Of a stretch of 64,000 bases of DNA, positions 59,901 to 64,000 are shown one piece after another (the first letter of the stretch is position 1; each line of letters starts with the position of its first letter). The notes below the pieces were generated by a model. The model did not search any database. It had not been told where the DNA came from and saw nothing but the letters and a program-made list of their open reading frames with translations. The translations under genes were made by a program, and so were the position numbers. The DNA is taken from the NCBI RefSeq assembly GCF_048403405.1, contig NZ_CP183129.1, one strand, 5' to 3'. Source of the stretch: Escherichia coli. Lineage in GTDB: Bacteria > Pseudomonadota > Gammaproteobacteria > Enterobacterales > Enterobacteriaceae.

Positions 59901-61901
59901 CCGATTGGCGATTTTAACGGTGAATTGCGCGTCATGGCGCAAGCCTGGACGGCAGATGACTTCGGTAGCAACGAAAGCAAAGTGATAGTTGCCGCACCGG
60001 TGATTGCTGAACTGAACATGCCGCGCTTTATGGCGAGTGGCGATACCTCGCGTCTGACGCTGGATATCACTAATCTTACCGATAAACCGCAAAAACTGAA
60101 CGTTGCCCTGACCGCCAGTGGTTTGCTTGAACTGGTCAGCGTTTCACCCGCAGCCGTTGAATTAGCGCCAGGTGTGCGTACTACGCTGTTTATCCCGGTG
60201 CGAGCATTGCCGGGTTATGGCGATGGAGAAATTCAGGCCACCATTAGCGGGTTAGCGTTACCGGGTGAAACCGTTGCCGATCAGCATAAGCAGTGGAAAA
60301 TCGGCGTCCGTCCGGCGTTCCCGGCACAAACGGTTAATTACGGTACGGCGTTACAGCCTGGTGAGACATGGGCGATTCCGGCGGATGGATTGCAAAACTT
60401 CTCGCCTGTTACGCTGGAAGGGCAATTGTTGTTGAGCGGCAAACCACCGCTGAACATCGCACATTATATCAAAGAGTTAAAAGCGTATCCGTACGGGTGT
60501 CTTGAGCAAACCGCCAGCGGCCTGTTCCCGTCACTTTATACCAACGCAGCCCAACTGCAGGCGTTGGGCATCAAAGGCGACAGTGATGAGAAACGCCGTG
60601 CATCGGTCGATATCGGCGTTTCCCGTTTGCTGCAAATGCAACGTGATAACGGCGGCTTTGCGCTGTGGGATAAAAACGGTGACGAAGAGTACTGGCTGAC
60701 GGCTTACGTGATGGATTTCCTGGTCCGCGCAGGTGAGCAGGGGTACAGCGTGCCGACAGACGTCATTAACCGGGGAAATGAGCGTCTGCTGCGCTATTTA
60801 CAAGATCCGGGCATGATGTCGATCCCGTACGCGGATAATCTCAAAGCCAGTAAATTCGCCGTACAGTCTTACGCTGCGCTGGTGCTGGCCCGTCAGCAAA
60901 AAGCTCCACTGGGTGCGCTGCGTGAAATCTGGGAGCATCGTGCAGATGCCGCTTCTGGTTTACCGCTGCTGCAACTTGGCGTTGCGCTGAAAACCATGGG
61001 TGATGCGACGCGTGGTGAAGAAGCAATTGCGTTGGCGCTGAAAACGCCGCGTAATAGTGATGAGCGGATATGGCTGGGTGATTACGGTAGTCCACTGCGC
61101 GACAACGCGTTGATGCTCTCCTTGCTGGAAGAAAATAAACTGCTACCCGATGAGCAGAACACTTTGCTGAACACGCTTTCGCAGCAGGCATTTGGTGAAC
61201 GCTGGCTATCGACCCAGGAAAGCAACGCGTTGTTCCTGGCTGCCCGTACGATTCAGGATTTACCGGGTAAATGGCAGGCGCAAACCTCTTTCTCAGCTGA
61301 GCCGCTGACAGGCGAGAAAACGCTAAACAGCAATCTGAATAGCGATCAACTTGCCACCTTGCAGGTGACCAACAGTGGCGATCAGCCGTTATGGCTGCGT
61401 GTGGATGCCAGCGGTTATCCGCAATCCGCACCTTTACCGGCGAACAATGTGCTGCAAATCGAGCGTCATATTCTTGGTACTGATGGTAAGAGTAAATCGC
61501 TGGACTCGTTACGTAGCGGCGATCTGGTGCTGGTCTGGTTGCAGGTAAAAGCCAGTAACAGCGTGCCGGATGCGTTAGTCGTGGATCTGCTGCCTGCGGG
61601 TCTGGAACTGGAAAACCAGAATCTGGCGAACGGTAGCGCCAGCCTGGAGCAAAGTGGTGGCGAAGTGCAAAACTTACTGAACCAGATGCAGCAGGCGAGC
61701 ATTAAGCACATTGAGTTCCGTGATGATCGCTTTGTGGCGGCGGTTGCCGTTGATGAATACCAACCGGTAACGCTGGTGTATCTGGCGCGGGCGGTGACGC
61801 CGGGAACGTATCAGGTACCGCAACCGATGGTGGAATCAATGTATGTTCCCCAATGGCGGGCGACCGGCGCGGCTGAAGATTTGCTGATTGTCAGACCGTA
61901 A
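56940..61901 (+). CDS. yfhM: alpha-2-macroglobulin-family lipoprotein (1653 aa)
   Basis: Lipoprotein signal MKKLRVAACMLMLALAGC; thioester motif CLEQ (YGCLEQTAS); stop abuts pbpC start. Confidence 0.95.
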   Translation: MKKLRVAACMLMLALAGCDNNDNAPTAVKKDAPSEVTKAASSENVSSAKLSAPERQKLAQQSAGKALTLLDLSEVQLDGAATLVLTFSIPLDPDQDFSRVIHVVDKKSGKVDGAWELSDNLKELRLRHLEPKRDLIVTIGKEVKALNNATFSKDYEKTITTRDIQPSVGFASRGSLLPGKVIEGLPVMALNVNNVDVNFFRVKPESLPAFISQWEYRNSLANWQSEKLLQMADLVYTGRFDLNPARNTREKLLLPLGDIKPLQQAGVYLAVMNQAGRYDYSNPATLFTLSDIGVSAHRYHNRLDIFTQSLENGAAQQGIEVSLLNEKGQTLTQATSDAQGHVQLENDKNAALLLARKDGQTTLLDLKLPALDLAEFNIAGAPGYSKQFFMFGPRDLYRPGETVILNGLLRDADGKALPDQPIKLDVIKPDGQILRSVVSQPENGLYHFTWPLDSNAATGMWHIRANTGDNQYRMWDFHVEDFMPERMALNLTGEKTPLTPKDEVRFSVVGYYLYGAPANGNTLQGQLFLRPLREAVSALPGFEFGDIAAENLSRTLDEVQLTLDDKGRGEVSTESQWKETHSPLQVIFQGSLLESGGRPVTRRAEQAIWPADALPGIRPQFASKSVYDYRTDSTVKQPIVDEGSNAAFDIVYSDAQGVKKAVSGLQVRLIRERRDYYWNWSEDEGWQSQFDQKDLIENEQTLDLKADETGKVSFPVEWGAYRLEVKAPNEAVSSVRFWAGYSWQDNSDGSGAVRPDRVTLKLDKASYRPGDTIKLHIAAPTAGKGYAMVESSEGPLWWQEIDVPAQGLDLTIPVDKTWNRHDLYLSTLVVRPGDKSRSATPKRAVGVLHLPLGDENRRLDLALETPTKMRPNQPLTVKIKASNKNGEMPKQVNVLVSAVDSGVLNITDYVTPDPWQAFFGQKRYGADIYDIYGQVIEGQGRLAALRFGGDGDELKRGGKPPVNHVNIVAQQALPVTLNEQGEGSVTLPIGDFNGELRVMAQAWTADDFGSNESKVIVAAPVIAELNMPRFMASGDTSRLTLDITNLTDKPQKLNVALTASGLLELVSVSPAAVELAPGVRTTLFIPVRALPGYGDGEIQATISGLALPGETVADQHKQWKIGVRPAFPAQTVNYGTALQPGETWAIPADGLQNFSPVTLEGQLLLSGKPPLNIAHYIKELKAYPYGCLEQTASGLFPSLYTNAAQLQALGIKGDSDEKRRASVDIGVSRLLQMQRDNGGFALWDKNGDEEYWLTAYVMDFLVRAGEQGYSVPTDVINRGNERLLRYLQDPGMMSIPYADNLKASKFAVQSYAALVLARQQKAPLGALREIWEHRADAASGLPLLQLGVALKTMGDATRGEEAIALALKTPRNSDERIWLGDYGSPLRDNALMLSLLEENKLLPDEQNTLLNTLSQQAFGERWLSTQESNALFLAARTIQDLPGKWQAQTSFSAEPLTGEKTLNSNLNSDQLATLQVTNSGDQPLWLRVDASGYPQSAPLPANNVLQIERHILGTDGKSKSLDSLRSGDLVLVWLQVKASNSVPDALVVDLLPAGLELENQNLANGSASLEQSGGEVQNLLNQMQQASIKHIEFRDDRFVAAVAVDEYQPVTLVYLARAVTPGTYQVPQPMVESMYVPQWRATGAAEDLLIVRP

Positions 61902-64000
61902 ATGCCTCGCTTGTTAACCAAACGCGGCTGCTGGATAACGCTGGCAGCTGCGCCATTTCTCCTTTTTCTTGCAGCGTGGGGAGCAGATAAACTCTGGCCT
62001 CTACCGCTGCATGAAGTCAATCCCGCACGAGTGGTTGTGGCGCAGGATGGGACGCCGCTCTGGCGCTTTGCCGATGCGGAAGGCATCTGGCGTTATCCGG
62101 TAACAATCGAAGATGTTTCTCCACGTTACCTTGAAGCGCTGATCAATTATGAAGATCGCTGGTTCTGGAAGCATCCGGGGGTGAATCCATTCTCGGTGGC
62201 GCGCGCAGCATGGCAAGATCTCACTTCGGGAAGGGTTATTTCCGGTGGCAGCACGCTCACTATGCAGGTTGCTCGTCTGCTTGATCCTCACCCCAAAACA
62301 TTTGGCGGCAAAATTCGCCAGCTCTGGCGCGCGTTGCAACTGGAGTGGCATCTGTCTAAGCGTGAAATTCTTATCTTGTATCTTAACCGCGCTCCGTTTG
62401 GCGGTACGTTGCAGGGGATCGGTGCGGCAAGTTGGGCTTATCTCGGAAAATCGCCTGCGAATTTAAGCTATTCCGAGGCGGCAATGCTGGCGGTGTTACC
62501 GCAAGCGCCCAGCCGTCTTCGCCCGGATCGTTGGCCGGAGCGTGCCGAAGCCGCGCGTAATAAAGTGCTCGAACGGATGGCTGCGCAAGGTGTGTGGTCC
62601 CGTGAGCAGGTAAAAGAGTCAAGGGAAGAACCCATCTGGCTGGCACCCCGACAAATGCCGCAACTGGCACCGCTGTTTTCGCGCATGATGCTCGGTAAAA
62701 GCAAAAGCGACAAAATCGTTACTACGCTGGATGCCGGTCTTCAACGACGTCTGGAAGAACTGGCGCAAAACTGGAAAGGACGATTGCCGGCGCGCAGCTC
62801 ACTGGCGATGATCGTGGTTGATCATACCGATATGTGTGTTCGCGGCTGGGTGGGATCGGTAGATCTCAACGATGATTCACGCTTTGGTCATGTTGATATG
62901 GTCAATGCGATCCGATCGCCAGGATCGGTGCTCAAACCGTTTGTTTATGGTCTGGCGCTGGATGAAGGCTTGATCCACCCGGCATCACTGCTGCAAGACG
63001 TCCCCCGGCGCACCGGTGATTATCGACCAGGTAACTTTGATAGCGGTTTTCATGGCCCGATCAGCATGAGCGAGGCGCTGGTGCGCTCGCTGAATTTACC
63101 AGCTGTGCAGGTGCTGGAAGCCTATGGACCGAAACGGTTTGCAGCAAAATTACGCAATGTTGGATTGCCGTTGTATCTGCCCAACGGCGCTGCGCCGAAT
63201 CTTTCGCTCATTCTCGGCGGCGCTGGTGCAAAACTGGGGGATATGGCGGCGGCCTATACCGCGTTTGCTCGCCACGGCAAGGCAGGTAAATTGCGCTTAC
63301 AGCCTGACGATCCGCTGCTTGAACGGCCTTTAATGTCGTCGGGGGCGGCGTGGATCATTCGCCGGATTATGGCTGATGAAGCGCAACCCTTACCGGATAG
63401 TGCCTTGCCGCGCGTCGCCCCACTGGCATGGAAAACGGGCACCAGCTATGGCTATCGTGATGCCTGGGCGATTGGGGTTAACGCTCGCTATGTTATTGGG
63501 ATCTGGACTGGCAGACCGGACGGCACGCCCGTTGTTGGTCAGTTTGGCTTTGCCAGTGCCGTACCATTGTTGAATCAGGTCAATAATATCTTACTGTCGC
63601 GCAGTGCGAATCTGCCGGAAGACCCGCGCCCGAACTCAGTCACTCGTGGCGTTATCTGCTGGCCAGGCGGACAGTCTTTGCCGGAAGGTGACGGTAACTG
63701 TCGCCGCCGCCTGGCAACCTGGCTGCTGGACGGGAGTCAGCCGCCAACTCTATTACTGCCGGAGCAGGAAGGCATTAATGGCATTCGTTTCCCCATCTGG
63801 CTGGATGAAAACGGCAAACGTGTTGCCGCTGATTGCCCTCAGGCGCGACAAGAAATGATAAATGTCTGGCCGCTACCGCTGGAACCCTGGTTGCCCGCAT
63901 CAGAACGCCGCGCTGTGCGCTTACCACCGGCCTCGACAATTTGCCCGCCATACGGTCACGATGCACAACTCCCACTGCAGCTGACAGGTGTTCGCGATGG
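61902..64000 (+). CDS. pbpC: penicillin-binding protein 1C, N-terminal about 700 codons (3'-truncated by window edge)
   Basis: Starts MPRLLTKRGCWITLAAAPFLLFLAAW; glycosyltransferase motifs (EDRWFWKHPGVN; RFGGTLQGIG); reading frame open to the window end. Confidence 0.9.
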   Translation, partial: MPRLLTKRGCWITLAAAPFLLFLAAWGADKLWPLPLHEVNPARVVVAQDGTPLWRFADAEGIWRYPVTIEDVSPRYLEALINYEDRWFWKHPGVNPFSVARAAWQDLTSGRVISGGSTLTMQVARLLDPHPKTFGGKIRQLWRALQLEWHLSKREILILYLNRAPFGGTLQGIGAASWAYLGKSPANLSYSEAAMLAVLPQAPSRLRPDRWPERAEAARNKVLERMAAQGVWSREQVKESREEPIWLAPRQMPQLAPLFSRMMLGKSKSDKIVTTLDAGLQRRLEELAQNWKGRLPARSSLAMIVVDHTDMCVRGWVGSVDLNDDSRFGHVDMVNAIRSPGSVLKPFVYGLALDEGLIHPASLLQDVPRRTGDYRPGNFDSGFHGPISMSEALVRSLNLPAVQVLEAYGPKRFAAKLRNVGLPLYLPNGAAPNLSLILGGAGAKLGDMAAAYTAFARHGKAGKLRLQPDDPLLERPLMSSGAAWIIRRIMADEAQPLPDSALPRVAPLAWKTGTSYGYRDAWAIGVNARYVIGIWTGRPDGTPVVGQFGFASAVPLLNQVNNILLSRSANLPEDPRPNSVTRGVICWPGGQSLPEGDGNCRRRLATWLLDGSQPPTLLLPEQEGINGIRFPIWLDENGKRVAADCPQARQEMINVWPLPLEPWLPASERRAVRLPPASTICPPYGHDAQLPLQLTGVRD

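Overview
This window is a contiguous stretch of enterobacterial core chromosome. Gene order, orientation and protein lengths match the Escherichia coli K-12 region near 58 min, read in reverse-complement orientation. I assigned identities from the translated ORFs and my recollection of that region; no database search was run. Order: rpoE (3' end), rseABC, lepAB, rnc-era-recO-pdxJ-acpS, shoB/ohsC, yfhL, yfhH, pgpC, tadA, mltF, purL, glmY, glrK-qseG-glrR, glnB, hmp, glyA, yphHGFEDCBA, hcaDBCFE, hcaR, hcaT, csiE, yfhR, suhB, trmJ, iscRSUA-hscBA-fdx-iscX, pepB, sseB, ryfA locus, sseA, yfhM, pbpC (5' part). I saw no IS elements, integrases, prophage genes, CRISPR arrays, tRNA or rRNA genes, and I do not find a large previously undescribed system here. 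The sequence not explained by ordinary protein genes is: (1) two small-RNA / small-hydrophobic-protein loci, shoB-ohsC and the sseB-sseA spacer, where a ryfA-like minus-strand RNA carries a hydrophobic mini-ORF and faces two tandem paralogous plus-strand sRNA-like modules; (2) the glmY sRNA with three TGTC-N10-GACA sites and overlapping sigma-54/sigma-70 promoter elements; (3) REP/BIME repeats; (4) the functionally uncharacterised yph carbohydrate cluster including the 1093-aa TPR protein YphG. RNA boundaries and promoter elements are approximate, read by eye.
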